Shown here in pieces: positions 20,561 to 30,343 of a stretch of DNA of 64,000 nt. The notes under the pieces were generated by a model that was not told where the DNA came from, did not search any database, and worked only from the letters and a program-made list of their open reading frames with translations. This DNA is from an uncultured Syntrophomonadaceae bacterium (GTDB taxonomy: Bacteria > Bacillota > Dethiobacteria > DTU022), in assembly GCA_964441025.1 (NCBI GenBank), contig CAYTXG010000002.1, forward strand, positions 22,787 to 86,786, read 5' to 3'. A program made the position numbers and the translations under genes. The stretch's first letter is position 1. Each line of letters begins with the position of its first letter.

Positions 20561-21528
20561 ACAACCGCGAAACTGTGATGGAACTCTTACGGGAAAGGGG
20601 CTCCCTCAACCTCATCTCCCATATCCAGCCCGACGGGGACAGTATAGGCTCTCTGCTGGCCCTGGGGGAGGCGCTCATGCATCTGGGCAAGAGTGTGCGC
20701 CTCTTTACACCCGCCGCCGTCCCGGGGAAATATACCTTTCTGAGGGGCAGTGAAAAGATCTCCTCCGAGCCGGAGCGCTGGGACAGAGAGGCGGCGGCAG
20801 TGGTTCTCGACTGCAGCGACCTGGAGCGGACGGGCTACTTCAAAGATGAGATCCTGCGCGCCGGTCTGGTGATTAATATCGATCATCATGTTACCAACCG
20901 CTCTTTCGGCACCGTCAATCTTGTTGATCCTGCCGCCGCGGCTACAGGGGAGATTATATTTCACCTGCTGAGGGCGATGGAATTGGAGATTACTTACTCC
21001 ATTGCCGAATCGCTTTATGTGGCTATCTCCACCGACACAGGATCCTTCAAGTATGATAATACCACCGCCGGGACTCACCGCACGGCGGCTGCATTGCTGG
21101 AGCTGCACAGGCTGAACCCGGGGACGATTTCGCAACATATTTTTGACGAACATCCGCTTTCGTACTACCTTGTTCTAAAAAAGGTTCTGGACACCCTTGA
21201 GCTTTACGGCGGAAAGAAGATCGCCGTAATTACAGCTGCCAGGGAGATGCTGGAACAGTGCGGATCTTCGGTGGACGAACTTGACGGGATGATCAACTAC
21301 GCCCGAAATATTTCAGGCGTTGAGATGGGAATCATGTTCTTCATAGACAGGAACGGCGAGATAAAGGTGGGTTTTCGCTCGAAAAGTGTTGATGTCAGCG
21401 CACTGGCCGGGAAGCTGGGCGGTGGCGGGCACACCCGCGCCGCCGGATGCAGGCTGAAAGGAGAATACGGCGCCGTAAAGGATCAGGTTCTCCGTGAAGC
21501 CCTGGCAGCCGTTTGCAGCCCTGCCTAG
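20557..21528 (+). CDS. nrnA: DHH/DHHA1 nano-RNase / pAp phosphatase
   Basis: HIQPDGDSIGS, IDHH, DTGSF, GGGHTRAAG. Confidence 0.92.
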   Translation: MNNRETVMELLRERGSLNLISHIQPDGDSIGSLLALGEALMHLGKSVRLFTPAAVPGKYTFLRGSEKISSEPERWDREAAAVVLDCSDLERTGYFKDEILRAGLVINIDHHVTNRSFGTVNLVDPAAAATGEIIFHLLRAMELEITYSIAESLYVAISTDTGSFKYDNTTAGTHRTAAALLELHRLNPGTISQHIFDEHPLSYYLVLKKVLDTLELYGGKKIAVITAAREMLEQCGSSVDELDGMINYARNISGVEMGIMFFIDRNGEIKVGFRSKSVDVSALAGKLGGGGHTRAAGCRLKGEYGAVKDQVLREALAAVCSPA

Positions 21529-21577
21529 GGCTGCGCCTGTTGATGAGGCGGCAAAATACGGCTGGTGGAATGCATAG

Positions 21578-22513
21578 ATGATGAATGGGATAATCAATAT
21601 GAAAAAACCGTCAGGAATTACTTCGCACCGCATCGTGGCAGAAGTGCGACGGCTGGTGCCGGGCGTCAAAGTGGGGCATGCCGGAACCCTTGACCCCGCG
21701 GCCACGGGAGTGCTGCCGCTGTGCCTGGGCAGGGCTACCAGGATCGCGGAATACATCATGGATCTGAAAAAAGGATACCGTGCCTCCATCACTCTTGGTG
21801 TTTCCACCGCAACGGGTGATGCCGAAGGGGCGGTACTCGCAAGGCAGGAGCCGCCGCCGCTGGGCAAAGGGGATATTGAAAAGCTGTTTCTTTCCCTGAC
21901 GGGCCTGCAGCAGCAGGAGACGCCGGCATATTCAGCATCCAAATACCGCGGCAGGCCGCTGTACAGCTATGCCCGCCGCGGCGATGAAGTCCCCGTAAAA
22001 ATGCGCACCGTTCACATCTACCGCCTCCGCCTGCTGGCCTTTTCTCCGGAAAAAACGCCGCAGATCATCTGCGAGGTGGAATGCTCAAGGGGAACTTACA
22101 TCCGGGCTCTGGCAGAAGAGATGGGGCGACGCCTGGGCTGCGGAGCGCACCTTCAGGGGCTGGAGAGGCACTTTGTGGGCCCCTTTGACCTGCGCGACGC
22201 CCACTCCCCAGCCGGGCTGGAAAAAGCAGCTGCATCCGGCTCTCTGGTAGATCTGCTGTTGCCCATGGAGCTGGCGCTGGAGCACTTTGATGCTCTCACC
22301 GTCTCTGACGGGATCATAGAAGACCTTCGCGCCGGTCGGGCGGTTCCCTGGAGCGGCCCGGGGCAGGGCGCTGAGGTGGCGCCCGGGGCGGCAGCAGTCG
22401 ACATACAGCCTCTGCGGGTTTATGACTCCAGGGGCCTTTTCAAAGCCCTGGCCCGCATCCATGTATGCGGGTCCAGGCGGTTCTTAAGAACAATAAAATT
22501 CCTGGCGCCCTGA
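21578..22513 (+). CDS. truB: tRNA pseudouridine(55) synthase
   Basis: GHAGTLDPAATGVL and CSRGTYIRAL. Confidence 0.97.
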   Translation: MMNGIINMKKPSGITSHRIVAEVRRLVPGVKVGHAGTLDPAATGVLPLCLGRATRIAEYIMDLKKGYRASITLGVSTATGDAEGAVLARQEPPPLGKGDIEKLFLSLTGLQQQETPAYSASKYRGRPLYSYARRGDEVPVKMRTVHIYRLRLLAFSPEKTPQIICEVECSRGTYIRALAEEMGRRLGCGAHLQGLERHFVGPFDLRDAHSPAGLEKAAASGSLVDLLLPMELALEHFDALTVSDGIIEDLRAGRAVPWSGPGQGAEVAPGAAAVDIQPLRVYDSRGLFKALARIHVCGSRRFLRTIKFLAP

Positions 22514-22524
22514 GGAGAGGGAAC

Positions 22525-23511
22525 ATGGAGATCATTTGCCGCCCGGACAGCTGTTTTGAAAAAAAGGGACTTTATCTGGCCCTGGGCAATTTTGACGGCA
22601 TACACCGCGGTCACCAGGCGGTTATCCGCAGCGCCGTAAATAAGGCCTGCGCCGGAGAGAGGACCGCCGCGGTGCTGCTTTTCGAGCCCCACCCTTCCAT
22701 GATCCTTCACCCCGGGAGACGTTTCTGTCTCCTTAGCGGCATGGAAGAAAGAGCCCTGCTTATGGCTGAGCTGGGACTGGACTATCTAATCGAGGAGCCT
22801 TTTACCTCGGGAATGGCTGCCCTGTCACCGGAAGCATTTGTCCGGAAGGTCCTTCTGCAAAGATTCAAAATCAGCGGGGTATCCATAGGCGATGATTACA
22901 CCTTCGGTAAGGGGGGGGCCGGCGGAGAAGAGCTGATGCGGGAGTATGGGAAAAGCATGGGCTTTGATGTTACAGTATGCCCCATGGAGCAGGACGGCGG
23001 AGCCGCAATCAGCAGCTCGGCGATTAAAAAACTTCTGGAGGAAGGAGCGGTGGAGCAGGCGGCCCTTTTGCTGAACTACTATTTTTTTCGCCGGGGTGCA
23101 ATAGTTTCGGGCCACGGCCGCGGCGAAAAGCTGCTCTATCCCACCGCCAATATAGTCCCTGCGTCGCAGCTGGTCTGGCCCGGTGCAGGCGTGTACCTCA
23201 CCGCCGTGGGCGGCCTTGAGCAGCCTCTTTATTTCGGCCTCACCAACGTGGGGTCAAACCCCACCTTCCGGGACAGCGCCTTATCCGTGGAGACCCATAT
23301 CCTTGATTTTCACGGCAATCTCTATGGCCGGGAGATCACCCTTTATTTCCTGATGCGGCTGCGCGACACCCGCAGCTTCTCCTCGCCCCTGCTGCTGCGG
23401 GAGCAGATCGGGAAAGATATCGCCAGGGGAAGGAGGGAGGCGCGGGAGCGTTTTGCCCATATCAGGCGTTTCGTGGAGCCGCCCCGCTTTATTCGTCCTC
23501 CAGGCGGTTGA
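22525..23511 (+). CDS. ribF: Bifunctional riboflavin kinase / FAD synthetase
   Basis: GNFDGIHRGHQ, ISSSAIK, PTAN, VETH. ATG 22525 follows GAGGG. Confidence 0.96.
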   Translation: MEIICRPDSCFEKKGLYLALGNFDGIHRGHQAVIRSAVNKACAGERTAAVLLFEPHPSMILHPGRRFCLLSGMEERALLMAELGLDYLIEEPFTSGMAALSPEAFVRKVLLQRFKISGVSIGDDYTFGKGGAGGEELMREYGKSMGFDVTVCPMEQDGGAAISSSAIKKLLEEGAVEQAALLLNYYFFRRGAIVSGHGRGEKLLYPTANIVPASQLVWPGAGVYLTAVGGLEQPLYFGLTNVGSNPTFRDSALSVETHILDFHGNLYGREITLYFLMRLRDTRSFSSPLLLREQIGKDIARGRREARERFAHIRRFVEPPRFIRPPGG

Positions 23512-23551
23512 TTTTACTTTTACTTTTAACTGTGTTAAAATTTTTTTGACA

Positions 23552-23625
23552 TGAACCGCAGGCTAGGTTCAAGGCACCCCGCCCTTCCTCTTGGCTTGCG
23601 GCGAAACAATGACAGGGGAGGTAAG
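23552..23625 (+). ncRNA. rpsO (S15) leader
   Basis: GAACC start; the 12-bp stem CCGCAGGCTAGG/CTTGGCTTGCGG (with G-U pairs) precedes the SD. Confidence 0.6.
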
Positions 23626-23629
23626 AATC

Positions 23630-23896
23630 ATGCTGGGCCAGGATAAGAAACAGGAGATTATTGAACACTACCGGGTTCACGAAAGCGATACCGGTTCGCC
23701 GGAAGTGCAGATTGCCCTGCTCACCGAGAGAATCAACACGCTGACGGAGCATCTGAAAGCGCATAAGAAAGATTTCAACTCGCAGCGCGGATTGCTGAAG
23801 ATGGTGGGAAAGCGGCGCGGTCTTCTTAATTATCTGCGTAAAAACTATCCGCAGCGCTACCAGGAAGTAGTTGCCCGTCTGGGACTGCGGAAATAG
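23630..23896 (+). CDS. rpsO: 30S ribosomal protein S15
   Basis: [16 protein letters not shown] and [14 protein letters not shown] 23630. Confidence 0.98.
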   Translation: MLGQDKKQEIIEHYRVHESDTGSPEVQIALLTERINTLTEHLKAHKKDFNSQRGLLKMVGKRRGLLNYLRKNYPQRYQEVVARLGLRK

Positions 23897-23936
23897 GTCA
23901 TTTCATAAAAAGAAGTGAAAGGAGGTTGTTATCAGC

Positions 23937-26087
23937 TTGGATACATTTTCGCTTGATTTGGAAGGCAGAACCTTGAAACTTGAAACAGGCCGCCTGGCTA
24001 AACAGGCCGGGGGGGCTGTTTTAATCAGTTACGGCGAAACAGTGCTTCTGGTAACAGCGACCATGTCGGATGAACCCCGCGAAGGGGTTGATTTTTTCCC
24101 CCTTACCGTTGATTATGAGGAGAGGCTCTACGCCGTGGGCCGGATCCCGGGCGGTTTCATCAAGCGCGAAGGACGGCCCACGGAGAAAGCAATTCTCAGT
24201 GCCCGACTGACGGACCGTCCGCTGAGGCCCCTTTTTCCGCAGGAGCTGCGCAACTCCATCCACATCGTGGCCACAGTTCTCTCCGTTGACCAGAACTGCC
24301 CGCCTGAAATACTCTCCATTATCGGCGCTTCGGCGGCGCTTTCAATTTCCAAAATCCCCTTTGGCGGCCCTATTGCCGCAGTCATTGTGGGGCTGATTGA
24401 TGGGCAACCGGTGATCAATCCGGACCTGGAGCAGTCGCAGAAGAGCACTCTCCATCTCATTGTAGCGGGGACAAGGGATGCCGTGACCATGGTCGAAGCC
24501 GGAGCCGGCGAGGTCAGCCGCGAGGAGCTGCTTGCCTGTCTTGATGCAGGGCATGCGGCAATCAGGGGGATCATTGCCCTGCAGGAGGAGATGACGGCCG
24601 GGGCCGGTCTGCCCAAGATAGAGCTCACATTATTTGAGCCGCTGCCCGAACTGGCTGCGGAAGTGGAGCCCTTTTTCCGCAGCAGGATCAACGGCGCCCT
24701 GCGCAACGCTGACAAGCAGGAACGCGAAGAGCAGCTGGCTGCGCTGAAAGATGAGGCCATGGAGAAATTCCTGGAGAAGTACCCCGAAAATGAGCGCGAT
24801 ATAAAGCATCTCTTTGAAAAGGTGCTCCAGGAGACGATGCGGGCCATGATCCTCGACGAGTCGCTGCGCCCTGACGGGCGTAAACCCGAGGAGATCCGTT
24901 CCATCAGCTGTGAAGTGTCCGTGCTGCCGCGCACGCACGGTTCGGCCATATTTACCCGGGGGCAGACCCAGGTGCTCAATGTGTGCACTCTTGGCGCACC
25001 GCGGGATGTCCAGATACTTGACGGGCTGGGGATAGAGGAGTCCAGGCGCTTTCTCCATCATTACAATTTCCCGCCGTACAGTGTGGGCGAAGCGGGCTTC
25101 ATGCGCGGTCCCGGACGACGCGAAATCGGTCACGGCGCCCTGGCGGCGAGAGCGCTGGAGGTTGTAATCCCCGGCGAGGAGCAGTTCCCCTACACCATTC
25201 GCCTGGTGTCGGAGGTGCTGGAGTCAAACGGTTCCACCTCAATGGCCAGCGTCTGCGCCGGATCGCTCTCCCTTATGGATGCCGGTATTCCCATTGACAG
25301 GGCGGTAGCGGGCATCGCCATGGGGCTGATCAAGGAGGGGGACAGGGTGGCCATCCTGTCTGATATCCAGGGGATCGAGGATTTTCTTGGCGATATGGAC
25401 TTCAAGGTGGCCGGAACAGCCGGGGGGATTACCGCCCTGCAAATGGATATCAAAACAACGGGTATTTCGCTGGAGATTCTCTCCCGGGCTCTGGAGCAGG
25501 CGGAACGCGGTTACCGCTACATCCTGGAGATTATGCAGCAGACAATCGATCAGCCGCGTCCCGAACTGTCGCCCTATGCCCCCCGGATGATCACCATGCA
25601 GATCGAGGTTGATAAAATCCGCGATGTGATTGGACCCGGCGGGCGCATGATCAATAAAATCACCGCGGAGACAGGTGTTGAAATAAACATCGAATCGGAC
25701 GGCAAGGTCTACATCCTGGCCGTGGACCCCGAAGCGGGCCGGAAGGCGCAGGAGATGATCGGGGCGCTCACTGCAGATGTTGAGCCCGGGCGGGTCTACA
25801 CCGGCAAGGTTACCCGCGTCGAAAGGTACGGCGCCTTTATCGAAGTGCTTCCGGGCAAGGAGGGGCTGCTGCACATTTCGCGCATGGATCACTGCCGGGT
25901 GGAGCGGACCGAGGATGTGCTCAACCTCGGGGACGAAGTCGATGTTAAAGTCACAGATATCGACGAAAAGGGAAGGATCAATCTCTCACGCAAGGAGCTG
26001 CTGCCCAGGCCGCCGGGACTGCCGCCGCGCGACAGGGACCGGGGGCGGCGACAGCGACCCCCGCAGCGTTCAAAAGAAAAACCCTAG
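23937..26087 (+). CDS. pnp: Polyribonucleotide nucleotidyltransferase
   Basis: [39 protein letters not shown]; KH and S1 domains. Confidence 0.98.
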   Translation: MDTFSLDLEGRTLKLETGRLAKQAGGAVLISYGETVLLVTATMSDEPREGVDFFPLTVDYEERLYAVGRIPGGFIKREGRPTEKAILSARLTDRPLRPLFPQELRNSIHIVATVLSVDQNCPPEILSIIGASAALSISKIPFGGPIAAVIVGLIDGQPVINPDLEQSQKSTLHLIVAGTRDAVTMVEAGAGEVSREELLACLDAGHAAIRGIIALQEEMTAGAGLPKIELTLFEPLPELAAEVEPFFRSRINGALRNADKQEREEQLAALKDEAMEKFLEKYPENERDIKHLFEKVLQETMRAMILDESLRPDGRKPEEIRSISCEVSVLPRTHGSAIFTRGQTQVLNVCTLGAPRDVQILDGLGIEESRRFLHHYNFPPYSVGEAGFMRGPGRREIGHGALAARALEVVIPGEEQFPYTIRLVSEVLESNGSTSMASVCAGSLSLMDAGIPIDRAVAGIAMGLIKEGDRVAILSDIQGIEDFLGDMDFKVAGTAGGITALQMDIKTTGISLEILSRALEQAERGYRYILEIMQQTIDQPRPELSPYAPRMITMQIEVDKIRDVIGPGGRMINKITAETGVEINIESDGKVYILAVDPEAGRKAQEMIGALTADVEPGRVYTGKVTRVERYGAFIEVLPGKEGLLHISRMDHCRVERTEDVLNLGDEVDVKVTDIDEKGRINLSRKELLPRPPGLPPRDRDRGRRQRPPQRSKEKP

Positions 26088-26104
26088 CCTCTAGGGTTTT
26101 TTTT
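26077..26104 (+). terminator. Intrinsic terminator after pnp
   Basis: AAAAACCCTAG-CCT-CTAGGGTTTTT plus a T run. Confidence 0.85.
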
Positions 26105-26167
26105 ATGCCGCATAACCACAGAGCAGGCGCATAGAATTTAACAGGTAAGATCAAAAAAAGCGCGGAT

Positions 26168-26908
26168 GTGGTTGCTGCCATGTTCAGAACCTGGCGCAGG
26201 GCAGAAAAATTCGGCCTTGTTTTGCTTATGCTTATTGGCGGGATGATTATTGCCGGCGCCCTGCAAAAGCTTTCCTCCGGACCCCCGGGCGCGATCTATT
26301 TTGCGCCGGGAGAGCCGCCGCAGGTGGCCCTTACCTTTGAGACGCTCTGGAGCAGCGACGGTGTGGAAAATCTTCTGCATCTGCTTCAGGAGGAGGAGGT
26401 CCAGGCTACATTTTTTCTCACCGGCATATGGCTGGAGAATAACGTGGAGACGGCAAAAGCGATCCTGGAGCGGGGTCATGAGATCGGCAATCATACGCTG
26501 AACCACGCCAACCTTCTTTATGCCACCGGGGAGGAGATCGTCAGGGAAATTGAAGGGTTCAACGAAGCTGCGCAGGATACCCTGGAATACAGCCCCCGCC
26601 TTTTTCGCCCTCCCCAGGGGCTTTACAATGGCGCGGTCCTGGAGCAGGCCGGCAGGTGCCGCTGCCGCACCGTGCTCTGGTCTGTGGAGTCATATGATTA
26701 TATCAGCCAGGATGCCGCCGAAGTGAGCGCAAGGGTAAGTAAAAGGCTGCAGGGAGGGGCAATAATCAACTTCAGGGCGGGCTCGCCGCTCCTTCTCAAA
26801 GCGCTGCCGAAAATACTGCAGATGGTGCGCGGGCGGGGCCTGGAAGCGGTGAAAGTATCAGATCTGCTCAAAAGCCGGACCTGGCCCGGCCCGGCTGTGG
26901 GTAGATAA
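26168..26908 (+). CDS. Polysaccharide deacetylase family (PdaB-like), degenerate motifs
   Basis: N-terminal TM, NodB fold: VALTFET, ATFF, HEIGNHTLNH, LFRPP. The start is uncertain. Confidence 0.85.
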   Translation: MVAAMFRTWRRAEKFGLVLLMLIGGMIIAGALQKLSSGPPGAIYFAPGEPPQVALTFETLWSSDGVENLLHLLQEEEVQATFFLTGIWLENNVETAKAILERGHEIGNHTLNHANLLYATGEEIVREIEGFNEAAQDTLEYSPRLFRPPQGLYNGAVLEQAGRCRCRTVLWSVESYDYISQDAAEVSARVSKRLQGGAIINFRAGSPLLLKALPKILQMVRGRGLEAVKVSDLLKSRTWPGPAVGR

Positions 26909-26938
26909 ATACCGGAAACAGGAAAGGAGCGGGGAGGA

Positions 26939-27940
26939 ATGCCGGAAAACAGGTCCAGGGGGCGGTGGTGGAAATGGGCCGTCACGGCGCTGCTGATTGT
27001 GGCGGCGGTGGCGGCGCTCTATTCTCAATTTGATGAACCGCTGCGGCGTCATTTCAAAGGAGTCCAACCCGGGGTAACTCTGCAGGGCGAACCGGTAGAG
27101 CGCCTCTTTCCTTCTGAGGTGGCTGAGGTTGTCACCCGGATGGCTGCAAGCCAGGGTCGCGATCCCGTAAGCGCTGAAATAGATCCGGCAGCTGAGCGTA
27201 TCATCCCCGAACTGAACGGGCTGGAAATAGATCAGGAGGCGACTGTTGATGCGGTGATGAAAGCCGCGGCCGGGGAGAGGCTTTTTCCTGTATTCCGCGA
27301 ACTGCTTCCCCAGTTGCGCTGGGATCACTATCCGGCACTGCCGTCTGAGCGGGGCAACGCGCGCAAATCATGCATCTCGCTGATGATCAACGTGGCCTGG
27401 GGGGAGGAATTTATACCGGAAATGCTGCACCTGCTCCAGGAAGAGAAGGCCCGCGCAACTTTTTTCCTCACGGGGAGGTGGGCGGAAAAGCATGAAAATC
27501 TTATACAGCAGATTGCAGACGCCGGACATGAACTGGGCAATCACGGTTATGCCGACGACGAAGTTTTCCCCGAGCTCGATTCCTGGGAGATGGCCCGCTC
27601 CATCAGGCAAACAAACGAAATCATCTATGATGCCGTGGGTTCGTACCCCCTTTACTTTACCCCGCACAGGGGTGAATACAATCCGCTTATGCTGGAGATC
27701 GTTTCCAGGCAGGGGATGCGCACCGTGCTGTGGAGCCTGGATACGGTGGACTGGCAGAAACCAGGGGTGGAAGTGATGCGCCGGCGGATTACCCGCAACC
27801 TTGCTCCGGGGCAGATTATCTTGATGCATCCCACTGCGGACACGGTGCAGTTGCTGCGTGAAATTCTGCCCTGGATAGAGGAACAGGGACTCTCCGTTGT
27901 CAGCGCTGCGGAGCTTTTTGATCCCGGCCTTTTGCGATGA
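26939..27940 (+). CDS. YlxY/SwsB-like polysaccharide deacetylase family protein with N-terminal extension
   Basis: N-terminal TM, a PG_binding_4-like segment, MINVAWG, HELGNHG, LWSLDTVDW, ILMHP; lies after pnp as ylxY does. Confidence 0.82.
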   Translation: MPENRSRGRWWKWAVTALLIVAAVAALYSQFDEPLRRHFKGVQPGVTLQGEPVERLFPSEVAEVVTRMAASQGRDPVSAEIDPAAERIIPELNGLEIDQEATVDAVMKAAAGERLFPVFRELLPQLRWDHYPALPSERGNARKSCISLMINVAWGEEFIPEMLHLLQEEKARATFFLTGRWAEKHENLIQQIADAGHELGNHGYADDEVFPELDSWEMARSIRQTNEIIYDAVGSYPLYFTPHRGEYNPLMLEIVSRQGMRTVLWSLDTVDWQKPGVEVMRRRITRNLAPGQIILMHPTADTVQLLREILPWIEEQGLSVVSAAELFDPGLLR

Positions 27941-28782
27941 GAGAGGTTTTCCGGCTCCCCCGTCAGCGACCGGGCTCGATTCTGCCGGCGCTGCTCTGCA
28001 GCCTGGCCCTGCTCTGGATGGGCGCCGCCTGCTGTCCCAACCTCTTTATGGGGGCGGACCGCGTTCGCCGCGGGGTGGAGCTGGAGGGGAAGGCCGTTGG
28101 AGGACTTTCCAGGCGCGAGGTTACAGCCCTGGTGGACGCTCTGGCGGCGGAAGTGGACCTTGTGCCGCGCAATGCTTTCATCGATCCCCACAGCGGCGAG
28201 ATCACCGCCGGTGTAACCGGTTGCCTCATTGACCGCCCGGCTACTATGGAGAAAATCATGGCAGCCCCGCCAAACAGCAGGCTGTTGCCCCGGCTGATCC
28301 ATCTGGATCCCGAGATAACAGCCGCTCATTTTGAAATCATCGACAGGGAGATCGGATCTTTCAGGACCTGGATCAGCGGGAGCGGCGGGCGCGTCACCAA
28401 TATTATTCTCGCCACCGCCTCTTTGAACAACTGCCTGCTTTTGCCGGGAGAAATTTTCTCCTTCAACAAGGCCAACGGGCCTCGCACGGCGGAGCGGGGT
28501 TACCGGCATGCTCCGATCATCGTGGGCGGCGCGGTAGTCCCCGGACTGGGCGGTGGGGTCTGCCAGGTATCCACCACCCTTTACAATGCTGTTCTGAGCG
28601 CCGGCCTGGAAGTAGTGGAACGCTATCCGCACAGCCAGCCTGTTGGATATGTGCCTCCGGGCATGGACGCCACCGTCGCAGACAGCCTGGACTTCAGATT
28701 TCGCAACAACACCGACAGGCTCATCCTGATCCGCAGCTCCAACTGGGGCGGCAGTATCGATATTCGCATCTGGCAGGAGTAA
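27937..28782 (+). CDS. VanW family protein
   Basis: FSFNKANGPR, GGGVCQVSTTLYNA, HSQPVGYVPPGMDATV. Confidence 0.9.
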   Translation: MREVFRLPRQRPGSILPALLCSLALLWMGAACCPNLFMGADRVRRGVELEGKAVGGLSRREVTALVDALAAEVDLVPRNAFIDPHSGEITAGVTGCLIDRPATMEKIMAAPPNSRLLPRLIHLDPEITAAHFEIIDREIGSFRTWISGSGGRVTNIILATASLNNCLLLPGEIFSFNKANGPRTAERGYRHAPIIVGGAVVPGLGGGVCQVSTTLYNAVLSAGLEVVERYPHSQPVGYVPPGMDATVADSLDFRFRNNTDRLILIRSSNWGGSIDIRIWQE

Positions 28783-28942
28783 AGGAGGCGCCCGCCGTAT
28801 TCTAGAGAGGCGGAGCCGGGTCCACGTTTGAAAGCCAGCCGCTGCTGCGGGCGCCTTGAACGGGAGCGGAGCACCGGGGCTCATTGAAAGCCCACGCCGC
28901 TACCTGGAGGGCCGGGCCTGCCAAATATAACAAGGGTGGCTG

Positions 28943-29410
28943 ATGAAGATGAAGCAAGAGATTGTGGAGCTGCCGGTAGAAATAATGGCCCACGGACGGG
29001 GGCTGCCCCTGCCGGCTTACATGACAGCTGGAGCGGCGGGAATGGATCTACACGCAGCTGTTACCGGCGATGTTGTCCTGAAACCGGGAGCCGTTGAGAT
29101 CATTCTCACAGGCTTGAAAGCGGCCGTTCCCCCGGGATATGAGCTGCAGATCCGCCCACGGAGCGGGTTGGCGGCCCGCTTCGGCGTGGGGCTGCTGAAT
29201 TCACCGGGCACGGTGGATGCCGACTACCGCGGCGAGATCAAGGTTATCCTGATCAATCTGGGGCCCGCTCCCTTTACAGTGCGCCGTGAAGATCGCATCG
29301 CCCAGATGGTGCTCTGTCCCATTCCCAGGGTCAAGCTTGTTCCGGCGTCTGCGCTCCCGGAGACAGCGCGTGGGGAGGGCGGTTTGGGGCACACCGGCAT
29401 TGATCAATAA
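28943..29410 (+). CDS. dut: dUTP diphosphatase
   Basis: [39 protein letters not shown]. Confidence 0.97.
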   Translation: MKMKQEIVELPVEIMAHGRGLPLPAYMTAGAAGMDLHAAVTGDVVLKPGAVEIILTGLKAAVPPGYELQIRPRSGLAARFGVGLLNSPGTVDADYRGEIKVILINLGPAPFTVRREDRIAQMVLCPIPRVKLVPASALPETARGEGGLGHTGIDQ

Positions 29411-29423
29411 GGAGAGGGCGGCA

Positions 29424-29663
29424 ATGCGCTTAAGCGAACTGGCTCGCAAGGAGCTGGTTGATATTGAGGAAGGCAACTTTTGGGGGCCTGCCGGACGTGC
29501 CGACCTGCTTATAGATGAACGCAGCGGGGAGATCAAAGCGTTGCTTCTGGCCGGGAAGGGCTCACTGCTGGGTTTCGGCTACCGCGAGGAGGTGACCATC
29601 CCCTGGTCCGGCGTGGTGAAGATCGGCGGGGATACTATTATCATATCAATAAAGAAAGGCTGA
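29424..29663 (+). CDS. ymxH: YlmC/YmxH family sporulation PRC-barrel protein
   Basis: MRLSELARKELVD and IPWSGVVKIGGDTIII. ATG 29424 follows GGAGAGG. Confidence 0.9.
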   Translation: MRLSELARKELVDIEEGNFWGPAGRADLLIDERSGEIKALLLAGKGSLLGFGYREEVTIPWSGVVKIGGDTIIISIKKG

Positions 29664-29683
29664 GTCGCCCGGTCCTGAAAACA

Positions 29684-29713
29684 GCATAAATCTGCTCACC
29701 CCGGAGATAATAT
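29684..29713 (+). promoter_or_regulatory. Sporulation sigma (SigF/SigG-like) promoter
   Basis: GCATA followed after 14 nt by GGAGATAATA, or after 17 nt by GATAATA. Confidence 0.5.
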
Positions 29714-29745
29714 CCTTTAGACTGTGAACTAAAGGAGGCAAAAGG

Positions 29746-30225
29746 ATGAGCAAAGTTGTATTGGGCATATTTCACGACCGGAATAAAGCTGAAGAGGCCC
29801 TTGAAGAGCTGAAGGAACAGGGTTTTGATCGCGACATCTCACTCATCGCCAGGGAGGAGGAGCAGGCAGGCGGAGAGGGAATCATGGGCGGACAGGATCT
29901 GAGCGAAGGCACCTTCACCGGCGGAGCGCTGGGCGGGATTGCCGGTCTGCTGACAGGCGTGGGCGCTCTCCTCATACCCGGTGTGGGACCCATTATTGCA
30001 GCGGGCCCCATTGCCGCCACCCTGACGGGTGTAGTGACCGGGGGGATTGCCGGCGGACTGGTAGACTTCGGCATCCCTGAAGAGAGAGGAGAGTTCTTTG
30101 AGGAACAGGTCCGCCAGGGCGGCATCCTGGTCAGCATGAAAGCAGAAGATAAAATGGTGGAGGAGGCCGGTGCCATCCTGCGCGAACACGGCGCCTCCGA
30201 TGTCGAGGTTCACCGCGTTTCCTAG
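29746..30225 (+). CDS. General stress / YflT-like membrane protein with glycine zipper
   Basis: VVLGIFHDRNKAEEALEEL, a Gly-zipper GGALGGIAG...IPGVGPIIAAGP, and LVDFGIPEE; strong SD. Confidence 0.8.
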   Translation: MSKVVLGIFHDRNKAEEALEELKEQGFDRDISLIAREEEQAGGEGIMGGQDLSEGTFTGGALGGIAGLLTGVGALLIPGVGPIIAAGPIAATLTGVVTGGIAGGLVDFGIPEERGEFFEEQVRQGGILVSMKAEDKMVEEAGAILREHGASDVEVHRVS

Positions 30226-30255
30226 CCGGCCGACAGATCATCACCTGATATTCAG

Positions 30256-30282
30256 AACCCGGGTTTCACCCGGGTTTTTTTT
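30256..30282 (+). terminator. Intrinsic terminator
   Basis: AACCCGGG-TTTCA-CCCGGGTT plus a T run. Confidence 0.8.
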
Positions 30283-30310
30283 AACGCAATCTCCTGCCGT
30301 CTCATATACT
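30283..30310 (+). promoter_or_regulatory. SigK-type promoter of dpaAB
   Basis: AACG-16-CATATACT fits the AC-16-CATA...T consensus; spoVFAB is SigK-controlled in B. subtilis. Confidence 0.65.
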
Positions 30311-30343
30311 AAAATGACACAGGCTCGGGAGGAGGGGCCGGCT

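Noticed and set aside
26110-26137. SigE promoter for the PdaB-like gene (GCATAAC...CATAGAAT)
   Set aside because: Spacing is one base short of consensus; plausible but not supportable.
28826-28895. CRISPR-like ATTGAAAG/GTTTGAAAG periodicity
   Set aside because: Only 5-9 nt are shared, there are no full-length repeats, the period is too short, and no cas genes are present.
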